DNA of 64,000 nt from Octopus vulgaris (lineage: Eukaryota): assembly GCA_951406725.2 (NCBI GenBank), contig OX597817.1, positions 130,138,001 to 130,202,000 on the forward strand, written 5' to 3'. Positions 27,766-41,751 of this stretch are shown one piece after another (the stretch's first letter is position 1; every line of letters begins with the position of its first letter). A program made the position numbers and the translations under genes. The notes beneath the pieces were generated by a model. It was not told where the DNA came from. It saw nothing but the letters and a program-made list of their open reading frames with translations, and searched no databases.

Positions 27766-30467
27766 GAACCAATTGTACCATGCGAACCTAGGATTAATCT
27801 TAAGGACCATAAAAAGAATTTCCTAGAAAACCCGTCGGTAAGACTCATTTGTCCAACTAAGTCGGATATTGGCCGACTTAGTAAATCTATCCTAGATAAT
27901 ATCTTACCCCAAATAACCCCACTTCTTCCCTTAAGCCTGCGGATAAATACCGATGAGGTCCTTAAATGGTTTAATTCCCTAACTAATACGAATAATTTAG
28001 CCTTCATTCAGTTCGATATAAATAACTACTACTCTAGCATTTCCCCTATCCTATTAAATAAATCGCTTATATTCGCGATGAATCGCTCCCTCATATCTAG
28101 AGAAGAAATAGACATTATACTTTTAGCTAGAAAAACATTTATTGAGTTTGAGGGAAAATTATGGACCAGAGCTGATACCCCAAACTTTTTCGATATTCCT
28201 ATGGGCTCAAGTGATTCGGCTGAGGTAACCAATTTAGTAGGAGCATATCTACTGAAATGCATTAATAAAGAGATCCCTGAATTGCAAGGTGGTCTATATA
28301 GAGATGATGCTTTGTTTGTTGTCAATACCAATAATAAATCACACATAGAAAGAATAAAAAAGAAGATTAATAGGTTCTTTAAAGATTTCAACCTTAGCAT
28401 AACCTACGAACCAAGCATTAAAATAGCTAATTTTCTAGATATCACTTTAGACCTTAACTCCAAACTACATTATCCGTTTAGAAAGGAAGGTGAAATCACT
28501 AGTTACGTAAATAAATTATCTAATCATCCACCAAATATAATTAATTCCTTAGTTAGAAATATTTCCATAAGAATATCCAAATTATCATCTAATTTTAATA
28601 TATTTAACTCACACTCGGGACATTACAATGAGGCGTTATCTAGAGCAGGATATAACCAGAAAATTACATTTGAAGATACGGAAAACCTTGGAACTCATCA
28701 TAATAATTTAAGTAATTTAAACAGCAATAACCACATAAACAACAAAAATGATCAAGCTGAAAAGATACATAGATGTGGATCTAATACAACATCTAATCGT
28801 AATGATAATAAGTATAAGGATAAATACATAGACCATAACACAGATAGCCCTGATAAGACAACCTTAAATAAAATTAAAATTAAGAAACACACTATTAGTA
28901 ACGTAGACAACAATAATGACCAAGCCAGATAGTAGACAACAATAATGACCAAGGATAGTAGAAATAGATTTACAACGGCAAAGTACCCTAATGATATTAA
29001 GAATATTAATAAAAACATAACAGGGAATACTTATAATAAGGATAAAATAAACTTGGATATAACTAGCAAACATGCTAACAGGAACATTAATAAATACAAG
29101 GAATCTGATGATGGTAGGATTAATTCTAATAACCCTAACTCTAGTGAGAAAAATTCTAGCAGCCCTAACTCAAATTCTAAGAAATTTTATAAGAAAGACA
29201 TAATATGGCTAAACATCCCTTTTAACTGTGCGGTTTCATCAGATATTCAGGGTAGATTCAAAACAATTCTAGAAAAAATTTCCCATCCTCTCATAGATAT
29301 CATAAAATTATTTCTAAAAAAACAGTCAGAATTTCTTATTCAACTCTCCCAAATATGTCCACTTTAATAGCTAAGATCAATAATAATAACATAAAACTAG
29401 CCAGAAAAAATTTAATCAACAAAAATAAAAATACAACGGAAAATTGTAATAACAGCACGGAAAGTAATAATTGCAACAATAATAATAATAAGGAATGTCA
29501 TAAAATAAATAGAACCAAAAGCCATGGAATTGTTAACAACAATAATAACATAAATAGGAATGATTATGTAAATAATAGGAATAATACTAGGAATGTAAGC
29601 ACAGTGAATGAGGGTAACAATATTATCAGCAACAACACTACACATTTGGAAAACAATATCGACAGCAATACTAATAGCATCAACAATATCAACAATGATA
29701 GTAGAGTTATAGAACCAAACGATAGTGTAGGAATACCGACAGATGATAATACTACTTTAGGAGATAACATCAACTGCAATAATGATAACATTATTTTAGA
29801 TAGCAGCACCAATAATAATAATAATAATGAAAGTAGGGCTTTAGAACCAAATGAAAATATAAGAATACCTATAAATGATAATACTATTTTAGATAATAAT
29901 GTTAACTACAATAATGATAGAGTTTTTTTAGATAATAACAATAATCAAAATCATGATAAATTTACCCGCTCTGCTTCGAGCAACAGTAACATAAGACTTC
30001 TATCCTCAAGTTATTCCACCTCTAATTACAATGCCCCTAGATGTAATTGCAGAATTAAATCAAAATGCCCGGCCCCTGATTTATGCGGGTTAATTAACAT
30101 AATCTACAAGTGCTCCGTAACCACAGATAATAATAAGTTCTCTTATGTTGGATGTACTGTAAATTTTAAACAGAGATTGAATAACCATCTCCCATCCTTT
30201 AAATTACGTCATAAAGCTGATAGCACCACTCTTTCTAGTAAAATTTGGGAACTAAAAAACAATAATATCAAATATAACCTTAATTGGGAATTAGTCAGAA
30301 GAGCAAAACCCTATAAAAATAGCAGAGTAGGTTGCCAACTTTGCTCCATGGAAGCATTTGAAATACTAATGTATAGAAATAATGGAGAAATTCAATTAAA
30401 CAGTAGAATTGAACTTGGAAAATCTTGTATACATGCTCGAGTTAAGACTCTTAAATATTTTAAATGA
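27766..30467 (+). pseudogene. PLE reverse transcriptase-GIY-YIG endonuclease polyprotein, disrupted
   Basis: RT motifs LKDHK..F...PSVRLI, QFDINNYYSSI, FDIPMGSSDSAEV, GLYRDD, NFLDITLDL and SNHPP. C-terminal motifs CNCR..KCP, IIYKC, YVGCT..FKQRLNNH, CQLC..E and LNSR.E...C.H. TAG stops occur at 28930-28935 and a frameshift in the A-run near 29275. Confidence 0.9.
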
Positions 30468-31163
30468 TATTTTAAATGATATCTCAATTGATAACTGTAT
30501 ACTGGAATCACTTTGCATAAATTTCACTTTGACTTACATATCACTCCTACATAGTACATTATATATTTAACTAGAAAGATAAGATCTAACTAGCTGTGAT
30601 TATAATTTCTCTCTCTGATGGTACTATTTAATACTTATCGATTTAAATTATTTGATTTATTTCTATTGGACCATATTATTAATTTTAATTTAAATTTTGC
30701 TCTATTTTTATCTCCATTTCCTAGTCTATTTTTTAACCCATTATAAATATTAGTTAGTTAAATCTATTAGTTTCTTTTACACTAATAATTAATTCTGCTA
30801 ATCCCAGACCTATCGTAGTGTATTGTGATGCGATATAATATAATATAAAATAATATAATATAATATAGTGTAGTGTATTATAGTATAGTATAATAATAAT
30901 ATAATTGTTTGATTTCATTAAAAAACAACCCCATTTTTCTTTCCTTTCTAATGACCTCTCATTGTAACCTGACATTCTATTAATAGTAACATTTATAAAT
31001 AGAGAAATAAATTGTTGACCTCAGTTCGAATTTTGCACTAAACAAGCTTAGATTTTCTGGTAGTATCAACTTGTGTCCATCCCCTTAGCTTCCCCTTTCC
31101 TTTCTCTTTGATAGCTTTAATAGCAGTAACTGATTAAATCCTACTTCCTTCCCCCCCTCTCTC

Positions 31164-31614
31164 TGTGATTCTTGCAAAATTCATTAACAACAGGCACCTC
31201 TACAATATAAGACTGTCATTTTGCTTCTCATTCGGATTCCCTGATATTTTCGCATGATTGTACCCTAAATCTCTTCACAAAACTGGATTGTGAACTATAG
31301 GGACATGCACATATTCTGTAAGTTCAAGACTTTTCATCGGATCTCCAAGAATCGAACTTATCTGCGATTCTTGTAAATTTCAATAACAATCTGTTCCTCT
31401 ACACGATATGACAGTCACTTTGCTTTTACTCAGACTTTCCTCTACATGATATGGCAGTCACTTTGCCTCTTACTCGGATTTTCAGAAATTTTGCATGACT
31501 GTATCCGAAAATTTCTTCACACAACTTGATTAAAAATTCAATATGAGCTATATGTAGACATGCACAAATTCTGTAAGTTTAAAACCTTTCATCGGATCTC
31601 CATGAATCGAACTT
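31164..31614 (+). repeat. Two diverged ~195-250 bp tandem units in the PLE 3' region
   Basis: Both start tg(t/c)gattcttg and end ttcatcggatctcca(a/t)gaatcgaactt. The second has an internal ~43-bp duplication. Confidence 0.8.
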
Positions 31615-31686
31615 TCTTCAATGCAGTTAATCTTACAACCTCTTTTGTATCTACCCCTTTTGATGTTTGGGAATTCTCTGATGTTT

Positions 31687-31774
31687 TTTCGGCTGACGAG
31701 TACGAGCCATCTGTATTCACTGCATTTTTTGTAGCTTATTAAAGATGTCCTCGTACGAAACGATCGTACCGAGA
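31687..31774 (+). ncRNA. Type-I hammerhead ribozyme in the PLE 3' pseudo-LTR, intact core
   Basis: tttcgg-CTGACGA-gtacgag(43 nt)ctcgtac-GAAA-cgatcg-TA^ccgaga. Stem II is a perfect 7 bp and stem III ACGATCGT is palindromic. Cleavage is predicted after 31768. Confidence 0.9.
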
Positions 31775-31965
31775 TTTTAATCCATTCTTGTTGCTTTTTT
31801 CCTATTTGTAATCACCCCACTTGTCGTATGGTTAACACCATATATATTTCCGGTGCATCCTAGTTAAGGACCATATTCATGTGAATTCTTTAGAATTCAC
31901 TTGAATCTCAATTACTTAACCTATATATATATATATATGAGTAACAATGTCTGAAGACTATACGG

Positions 31966-32050
31966 TCATCTGCCGAGAACGGTTTCTTTCAAATAATGTA
32001 ATGTTTTCATATTAATCAATTTAAGGAGTCGCTTGAAACGGCCGTAATGA
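31966..32050 (+). ncRNA. Degenerate hammerhead motif (core A6C)
   Basis: tcat-CTGCCGA-gaacggtttctt...aaggagtcgctt-GAAA-cggccg-TA^atga. Stem I is tcat/atga and stem III ACGGCCGT is palindromic. Confidence 0.6.
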
Positions 32051-33619
32051 ATTGACACCTGTACATTTTTGTTACTCATTTATATTATATTTACCTAACT
32101 TGGAATCTGCACTTAGGAAATAATATAGAAAGTATCTTTTTAAGAAAAACACATGTGTGAATTACCAAAAGCAGATATCTTCACTTAATTGGGTTGCGTT
32201 GTCTGCACACACGGCAAGAATATCAGGTACAAATAGCCCTACACGGAGTCTTGATATTCATACGTGTGTGTGCGTGTGTATCTGTCAGTGCGTGTATGTG
32301 CGTATACAATAAATTAGTAATATTAAAAATATAGAAAAATGTAACAAACAAAAATACAAATATCACGTATGATTTAAATGTCCTGTGTTTAGCTATCTTT
32401 GTATGCATACATACATAAACACATACTTACATACATACGTACATAAACACACATACATACACACACATACATATATACGCACTTACATACGTACGTACAA
32501 ATAAATACGTAAAAACATGCATACATATGTACTGTGTGTATGTGTGTAAAACTTGGACAGAAGTGAATCTTTGAATTTCCCCGCAACCGATTTTCATGTT
32601 TAGTGACTAAAAACATAATTTCAGTAATAAACCTTGCACTAAGCTCTCCACCAGAAAAGAACACGGATCTATGAAAACATATTTTCAGACATATGAGACA
32701 AGATCATTCTAGATGTTACGAGTGTATCACATGTACTAGTATCTTGTAATAATTGTTTGTCATTGCGTTACTTAACCCGTCAGTAACGCTTTCACGTAAT
32801 GAGAGAAAAAGAGGGGGAGAGCAAAAGAGAGGGAAAAAAGAGGGAGAGAGAAGCGTCTGTAACATGAAATAGATGGAATAGAATTGTAACGCTTTCACGT
32901 GACTAGTTGAAGAGAAAGAGAGGAGAGAGATAAAAAAGGATAAGGTGAAGACTGAGACAGAAAGAGGGAGAAAAAAAGAGACAGAGAGAAAGACGAAGAG
33001 AAAAAGAGAGAAAGAGAAACGTCCATGACTTGAGCTAGGGGTAACGTAATCATTGTAGCAGAGAGGTGATGCTCTGATGGTGAGATTAAAGAAAGGCAGA
33101 GAGAGAGAGATGGGAGAAAAAGAGATAGGATGGAGAGAAAGAGGGGAGAGAGTTAATGATGGTGATGGTAGTGGTAGTAGAAATTGGATAGTGATAAGTG
33201 AATTTTTAAAAATTTGAACTTAGCTTTTTTTATATCACCTATCACTTAACGCATGCGCATAAGTGCAATTCCGTGAAATATTCACGTTTATTTACGTAAT
33301 AGATATATGTTACTAAAGGTTGTATCATATGTACGGGATATTTTTTCCTTATGGGAAAAATGGAAAAATAAGAGTGAATGTAGATTTTATCAGTGCTGTG
33401 TATTAAGTCTATAAAATTGTGCATAAAGTATATAAAGTGTATATATAATGTACATTAAGAAATCATCATATTCCAATTTCTTTCACTTTTCACTGAGTGA
33501 CAGATGAGCAACTGTCTTTCCATACAGACAGAATACAGGCTATGCTTTCAGGTTTTTTTTGGATAAAGTTTTCAGAAATAACCCAATACGTTTACCTTTC
33601 ATTCCGTGAAATATTCACG

Positions 33620-34030
33620 GGTCCTGTTAGTGGAACAACACTAGAAGTCATCAACTGCTTCAAAGTCATATCAAGTGTTTCCAATTTTATACCAACAGCT
33701 ACTAATCTTTCATAATTGAACCACTTCTTATCAAACCAGTAAACAATGCCAAAATTGTCATACCTGTCTCAGACCAAGAAATTGACGTCATCCTACTTTC
33801 CTGCCAAACTTTCGCTCAATACAACCATTCTATCTTGATTAGCACACACTCTAGCATTCCCTTCGGTGTTAGTACGTGTGCTACCGACTCGGCTGAGACT
33901 AGAAATATCACTGGTGTTTACTTCTTATATAACATCAAAGACCTATTTTCTGAGGTCGGGGGCGGCTTATACCGGGATGATGGTCTTCTAGCTCTCGTCA
34001 GCTGCATCCCACTACTTACCTAAATATTCT
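33620..34030 (+). mobile_element. Penelope-like RT fragment, decayed
   Basis: EIDVILLSCQTF...FGVSTCATDSAETRNITG...GGGLYRDDGLL aligns with the 27.8-kb RT. Confidence 0.75.
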
Positions 34031-34319
34031 TCAAAAAATCTACACAACTAAAGACTCCAAATCAACAATATGTATATGAGCGTGCGCGTGTGTGTGTGTG
34101 TGTCTGTTTGTGTATAAAATGTTGAAGGACAAACCATATTTCTTACACCCCCAAGATAACACTGAAATTTTCTCCTGTGTTTCTCTGAGCAAAATATCCA
34201 AAAACAGCGTTTTTCTTTTGAACATAGAAAAGTATTAGTATCAGAACGCAAAAAGCACAGAAAGGGTGAAGTGGGCACGTTCACTTACAATAACATGTTT
34301 AGCAATAATAGTGATAAAG

Positions 34320-34478
34320 GTTTCAAATTTTGGCACAAGGCCTGACTTACTTTATCAACCTCGAAAGAAAGAAAGGTAAAGTCGACCTCAGCAGAGTTTG
34401 AACTCAGAACGTAAAGACGCACGAAATACCGCTAAGCATTTTATCCGGTGTGATAAAGTTTCTGCCAGCTTGCTGCCT
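34320..34478 (-). mobile_element. Family N SINE
   Basis: aaaggtaaagtcgacctcagcagagtttgaactcagaacgtaa...ccgctaagcattt...tctgccagct. Confidence 0.75.
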
Positions 34479-34513
34479 CAGTAATAAGGATGACAATGAT
34501 GATGATGATGATG

Positions 34514-36146
<1,633 letters not shown>

Positions 36147-36189
36147 GTAATAATAATAATAATAATAATAATGATGATGATGATGATGA

Positions 36190-36401
36190 TTTCAAATTTC
36201 AGCACCAGGCCAGTGATTTTAGTGAAGTGGGTAAGTAGATTACATCGACCTCAGTATTCAACTGGTATTTATTTTATCGACCCCGAAAGGATAAAATGCG
36301 AAGTCAACCTCGGCGAAATTTGAACTTAGGATGTGAAGCCGGACGAAATGCACTAAGCATTTTGTCCTGTGCCTAAACGACTCTTCCAGCAGCTTACTGC
36401 C

Positions 36402-36403
<2 letters not shown>
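36190..36403 (-). mobile_element. Family N SINE
   Basis: actggtatttattttatcgaccccgaaaggataaaatgcgaagtcaacctcggcgaaatttgaact. Confidence 0.75.
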
Positions 36404-36445
<42 letters not shown>

Positions 36446-36475
<30 letters not shown>

Positions 36476-36558
36476 AAGAAGAAGAAGAAGAAGAAGAAGA
36501 AGAAGAAGAAGAAGAAGAAGAAGAAGAAGAAGAAGAAGAAGAAGAAGAAGAAGAAGAA
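36446..36558. repeat. (AAG)n microsatellite following (AAT)n
   Basis: Direct reading. Confidence 0.95.
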
Positions 36559-37523
36559 ATTTCATGTTATTGCCACAAGAGCGATTCTTGATAACAATAA
36601 CACTATTAACCACGAAAAAAATGTAAACTTAAAGTAATTCAATGAAACCTAAACAGAATAATGTTAACAGTTCTTTCATGTTATTTGATGGAGTTGGTAA
36701 GATGATGTCTGATTTGGGGAATGATGTAGAATGGCAGGGGTGGAAGAATGGGAGGATTGGTGTCTGAAATAACAGAGTGAAGTTCTGGAAAATACGTATA
36801 GTTTACAAATATTTATTCCTTTCATCAATTTCTCATTTTATTTTGGTTCTTTTTTTCCTTGTTCTCTTTCTCCCCTCACCCTCTCTCTCTCGCTTCTTTT
36901 GTTGGTATTATATTTTCTTTTTGCTTTAATTTTATCCTATTAGTAACATTTGCGGACAGACAGAGACCAACACGTGTATATACACATACATAAACGTACT
37001 CACACATATACAAGTTATACGAACATTCTGACCTACCGACCTACCTGCCTACTTAAAGATCTACCTACTTACATGCATACATACAACATACATACATACA
37101 TACATACACATGTATATCACATGTACTTACACACCCACGCACAAACACTCACACACACGTGTGTATGTCTGCATGTGTATGTATATATATATATATGTAT
37201 ATATAATATATGTGTATGTCTGCATTTATGTATGAATATTTATTACTCACACACATACATGAATGCTATGCATATACGCACAGACACGCTTTTAGAATAG
37301 AGATGTTTTGTGTTGGAAAATCGGTCGTTGTCTTTCTTGGTTAAAGATAATTTTGACGCACTTGCTACCCCTTATTGCCTCAAAGTTAGAGAAGCGTTAT
37401 AAAATGTATTCCTGTGTACAATTGCGCTGTCAGCATGAGTATTTTGTTCGAGATTTATTCAAATTCTTTACGATATTCAAACAGACTGTGGACAGTTTAT
37501 TGGTTTCATCCTCTCTTCATAAT

Positions 37524-37968
37524 TATGAAGAAAAGAGAGAATGAAACCAATAAACCGTCCACAGTCTGTCTACGCTAAGGGAAAGGCCTCTCCGAAAAGA
37601 TACAAAAGATATGTGGCCCATATGACATCAGGACAGTATTCAAGAGTAATACAACACTTCGCAAATATCTCCTTCGAGTAAAACCATAAATAGAAGAGAA
37701 TATGATCAAAGACTACGTGCACTCCATCCCATGCAGCTGTGGTAGATTATACAAAGGTGAAACATGCCGCCCCACTCAAAATAAGGGTGGATGAACAGTG
37801 CAAAGCTGTGACACGAGGAGATATTGATAAATCAGGTATAGCTGATCATGTATGGAAAAATGGAGATCCCCCTCCCCCTGTGGGAGGAAGTTAAAATAAT
37901 AGATAGAGAACACCACTGGAAAATACGAAAACTAAAAGAAACAGCACTTATGTTAGGACACAACATAT
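37524..37968 (+). mobile_element. Penelope/Poseidon-type PLE GIY-YIG fragment
   Basis: GLSEKIQKICGPYDIRTVFKSNTTLR...VHSIPCSCGRLYKGETCR..LKIRVDEQ...SGIADHVW...WEEVKIIDRE...RKLKE. Confidence 0.8.
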
Positions 37969-38285
37969 AATAATAATAATAATGATAATTCATTATTATT
38001 ATTATTATATGTTGTGTCCTAACATAAGTGCTGTTTCTTTTAGTTTTCGTATTTTCCAGTGGTGTTCTCTATCTATTATTTTAACTTCCTCCCACAGGGG
38101 GAGGGGGATCTCCATTTTTCCATACATGATCAGCTATACCTGATTTATCAATATCTCCTCGTGTCACAGCTTTGCACTGTTCATCCACCCTTATTTTGAG
38201 TGGGGCGGCATGTTTCACCTTTGTATAATCTACCACAGCTGCATGGGATGGAGTGCACGCAGTCTTTGATCATATTCTCTTCTAT
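37690..38285. repeat. 596-bp near-perfect palindrome (296-bp arms, 4-nt spacer)
   Basis: 37690-37985 is the reverse complement of 37990-38285. One mismatch was seen (gactAcgtgc versus gactGcgtgc). Confidence 0.9.
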
Positions 38286-38654
38286 AATGTAATGTTTTCA
38301 TATTAATCAATTTAAGGAGTCGCTTGAAACGGCCGTAATGAATTGACACCTGTACATTTTTGTTACTCATTTATATTATATTTACCTAACTTGGAATCTG
38401 CACTTAGGAAATAATATAGAAAGTATCTTTTTAAGAAAAACACATGTGTGAATTACCAAAAGCAGATATCTTCACTTAATTGGGTTGCGTTGTCTGCACA
38501 CACGGCAAGAATATCAGGTACAAATAGCCCTACACGGAGTCTTGATATTCATACGTGTGTGTGCGTGTGTATCTGTCAGTGCGTGTATGTGCGTATACAA
38601 TAAATTAGTAATATTAAAAATATAGAAAAATGTAACAAACAAAAATACAAATAT
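38284..38654 (+). repeat. 371-bp direct copy of 31993-32363
   Basis: The same sequence runs from ataatgtaatgttttc to caaaaatacaaatat at a constant offset of 6291. Confidence 0.9.
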
Positions 38655-38687
38655 AATAATAATAATAATAATAATAATCGTTATGTC

Positions 38688-38872
38688 TGGCCTGAAATTT
38701 GTGGGGAGGGGATAATCGATTACATCGACTCCAGTGCTTCATAGGTACTTAATTTACTGACTCCGAAAGGATTAAAGACAAAGTCGACCTCGGCGGAATT
38801 TGAACTCAAAACATAACGACGGGCGAAATGCCGCTAAGCACTTTGCCCGGCGTGCTAACGATTCTGCCATCT
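38688..38872 (-). mobile_element. Family N SINE
   Basis: caaagtcgacctcggcggaatttgaactc...gccgctaagcactttgcccggcgtgctaacgattctgcca. Confidence 0.8.
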
Positions 38873-38887
38873 CGAATAATAATAACA

Positions 38888-39450
38888 AGACCTATAGACA
38901 CTGGAAGCTATGCCAATACTATGGAATGACAACAGAAAAAAGATGGTACAGTCATGTCCCAGTAAAGCTCTCAGATAATGACACGGCAACTATACTCTGG
39001 GATATGCCAATACACACAGATAGATAGATCAAAGCTAATAGACCGAATATAGTTCTCAGATTTTAGCAAGAAAAATACCTTCTAATCGACGTCTCAGTTC
39101 CAACAGATGACAATGAATTTCTAAAAGAAACGGAGAAACTCTCAAAATACAAATATCTGGAAATTGAGATAACCCAAATGTAGAGCCTAAGAACTGAAAT
39201 AATTCCTATAATAGTAAATACATTAGGTATAATTTTAAAAAAATGAAAATGTATAACCAAAACACCAGGAATTAGGAATATATATAAGATAAAGAAAATA
39301 GTACTACTAGGCACCACACACATCCTACGTGAAGTACTTTCAATTCAGTGGAAATAACATCAAAACAAACCACAGCGCATACCAAGGCACACCTAGCTGC
39401 CCTCAGTATTCCAGTGAAAGCAAATGATAAAAATAAAACTACTGAACAAT
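38888..39450 (+). mobile_element. R4/Dong-like LINE 3' fragment
   Basis: HWKLCQYYG...ILWDMPIHTDR*IKANRPNIV...LIDVSVP...EKLSKYKYLEIEI...LLGTTHILR, flanked by AAT. Confidence 0.85.
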
Positions 39451-41485
39451 AATAATATTTTCAAACAAATTGTAACAAGGTCAAACATTTGGGTTGGTAT
39501 AGTCGATCTCAGTGTTTGACTAGTCGTTTATCAAGCCCTAAAAAATGAAAGGTGAAGCTGATTACGAACGTATTTGAACTAAGAAAGTAGTTAAATTCAT
39601 TATTTCGACTCGTTTTATCCACCACTCTACCGATTCTGCCACCTACTGCTCTTAATATAGTAAGTAATATAACGAAAATAGTAAGAATAACAACATTGTC
39701 TAAATATGGAGTATTTTTCTGAGTTCGTTCAACTGCACTTAGCTTTGCATTTTAAACAACTTCTGTTGAATTCGCAGACGACAGGCGCCATTTTTCTGAC
39801 GAACAAATAAAATAAATGGAATGCCGAAATGCCTGCTTCACTGAAGACGATAATATTGTTAAAGTAGGACATATACAGATGAAGGTTTGTCCTCGTTGTA
39901 AAGAACTTGTAGTTCACTACATTTATTATTAGTATTATTATTATTCAAGATATCGTTATCAGACAACGCTGATTTTAAAATATCTACCTCTGAACGAAGA
40001 GGAAACAAGGGTGATAATTCATTAACTATCAATTGTGTAGGAAGTGTGAGCGGGCAGCGTCTTCCGCCATTTTTTTTATCTTACACAGGGTACGATTTTT
40101 CAAAAGTTTATTTATTTTAGTATGTTTTATTATTATTTTCATCATTATTGTTCGTTTATTTTCATTCTAGAGTTTTGATAAATATTTTCTTTTCAATATA
40201 TATTTATTCATTCTTACCTATTTTTTCCTGCTTGAAATTAAATACTAAATAGGATGCTGGTGGAAGGCAGAGGTAGTGAAGGCATGGGTAGTAATGCCGG
40301 CATTGACAACGACAACGACGATGACGACGAAAAGGAAGAAAAAAATATAATAAAAACGGTAACAATAACAGCAGTAGGAACGACAGAAAAGGAAGCAGGA
40401 AGGGCCGATAGCATAAAGAAATTCATTGTAGAGGGAATTGCAAAGCAACGAATTTTGTGTGAAATATCAGAATCGGAGGCAAACATGCCCTGTATATTCC
40501 TGCTCTTGTAGATAAAAAAAATGTAATAAGTACACTGGCTTCTCTTCAAGGCTTCAGATAACATTCTGGTAATATAATCAATTCTGATCACGTAATGGAC
40601 AGGCTGCCAGAACGATGGTGATGAAGTGTTGTTGAAAGGATAGTGGTGGTATTGATAAGGGTGGTGGATAAACGGTAATGATATTGGTGTTGGGGTTAAC
40701 GGTGGTGGCGACGGTGGCGATATTGCTGTTGTTAATCGTGGTGGTAGTTGAGGTGGTGGTAATGACGATGGCGACGGTTACAATGGGGCCTTCAAAGCAA
40801 GAATATGTACTAAAGGGAGACAACAGAAAGAAGCTGCTGTTACTCTTACCCACTGCTTTTTATGATTGTACGAACGTTCAGTAAGTATATATATGTGTAG
40901 AGTTAAGTGTTTGTTTGTTTGTTTGTTTGCGTCTGTGTGTGCACAGGCGTGCGTGTGCATCTATACGTGTTTTTGTGTATGGGGATGCAGTATGGTTCAG
41001 TAGTTTGAGAGATTCGTTTCTCATCAATGAGGCCATGGGTTTAGTCCCACTGCGTGGAATCTGGGGCACATTTTATTTTCAATACCATGTGAATAAAATT
41101 GGCTAGAGTAAAACCGTACTGAAGCCCGTTGGGTGGAATATAACTAATTCAAAAGAATTATGATAATTTAATACGTGTCTAAAGATGCGCAGCCACATTC
41201 ATATTAATTCAAGAGCAAGTAATTTGGTAGATCAAGCAACTGAATTCTCTTCATCGAAACTGATGAAAACTATCATATATACATTCGGCCGTCTGGGCCC
41301 CACGAAATCTATTGCATGGGGCCAGATCAAATTGTTTTATGTAATAATAAATGTAGCTCCTACTAAATGTGTTCAGTACCCCCTTTTTTTCCGTTTCTTC
41401 ACTCATATATATATATATATATATATACACGTGTATGAGGTGGTATCAAAGGTTCCCAGACTAGTTATGCTTAATATTAAAATAA

Positions 41486-41605
41486 CTTTACGGCCATATC
41501 ACGTTGAAAGCACCGGTTCTCGTCCGATCACCGAAGTTAAGCAACGTCGAGCCTAGTTAGTACTTAGATAGGTGACCGCTTGGGAAACCTAGGCGATGTA
41601 AGCGT
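41486..41605 (+). rRNA. 5S rRNA-derived sequence, full length; pseudogene or SINE head
   Basis: tacggccatatcacgttgaaagcaccggttctcgtccgatcaccgaagttaagcaacgtcgagcctagttagtacttagataggtgaccgcttgggaaacctaggcgatgtaagc matches the metazoan 5S consensus. Box C is altered and there is no oligo-T terminator. Confidence 0.9.
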
Positions 41606-41611
41606 CACACA

Positions 41612-41751
41612 GTCCCCGTCACTTAGCGGTTCGGCAAAAGAGACCGATAGAATAAGTACTAGGCTTACAAAGAATAAGTCCCGGGGTCGAATTGTTCGAC
41701 TAAAGGCGGTGCTCCACCATGGCCGCAGTCAAATGACTGAAACAAGTAAAA
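41612..41751 (+). mobile_element. 3' tail of family C SINE fused behind 5S
   Basis: gtccccgtcacttagcggttcggcaaaagagaccgatagaataagtact...tgactgaaacaagtaaaa is near-identical to 18576-18715. Confidence 0.9.

Larger units (their letters stand above)
27766..31921 (+). mobile_element. Penelope-like retroelement (Naiad-like architecture), 5'-truncated, inserted in (TA)n
   Basis: RT and GIY-YIG reading frames followed by a 1.45-kb 3' region containing a hammerhead. (TA)n lies at both ends. Confidence 0.9.

Noticed and set aside
27766-30600. Selenocysteine recoding as reported for some Naiad PLEs
   Set aside because: The internal stops are TAG in a low-complexity linker. Conserved Cys positions use Cys codons and no SECIS was recognised.
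39780-40075. Two cgccattttt (YY1-like) motifs suggesting a promoter
   Set aside because: They are short motifs with no CpG-rich context or linked exon, and the minus-strand ATGs open only tiny ORFs.
41486-41605. Functional 5S rRNA gene
   Set aside because: It is solitary, has an altered box C and no oligo-T terminator, is fused to a SINE tail and lies inside a transposon.
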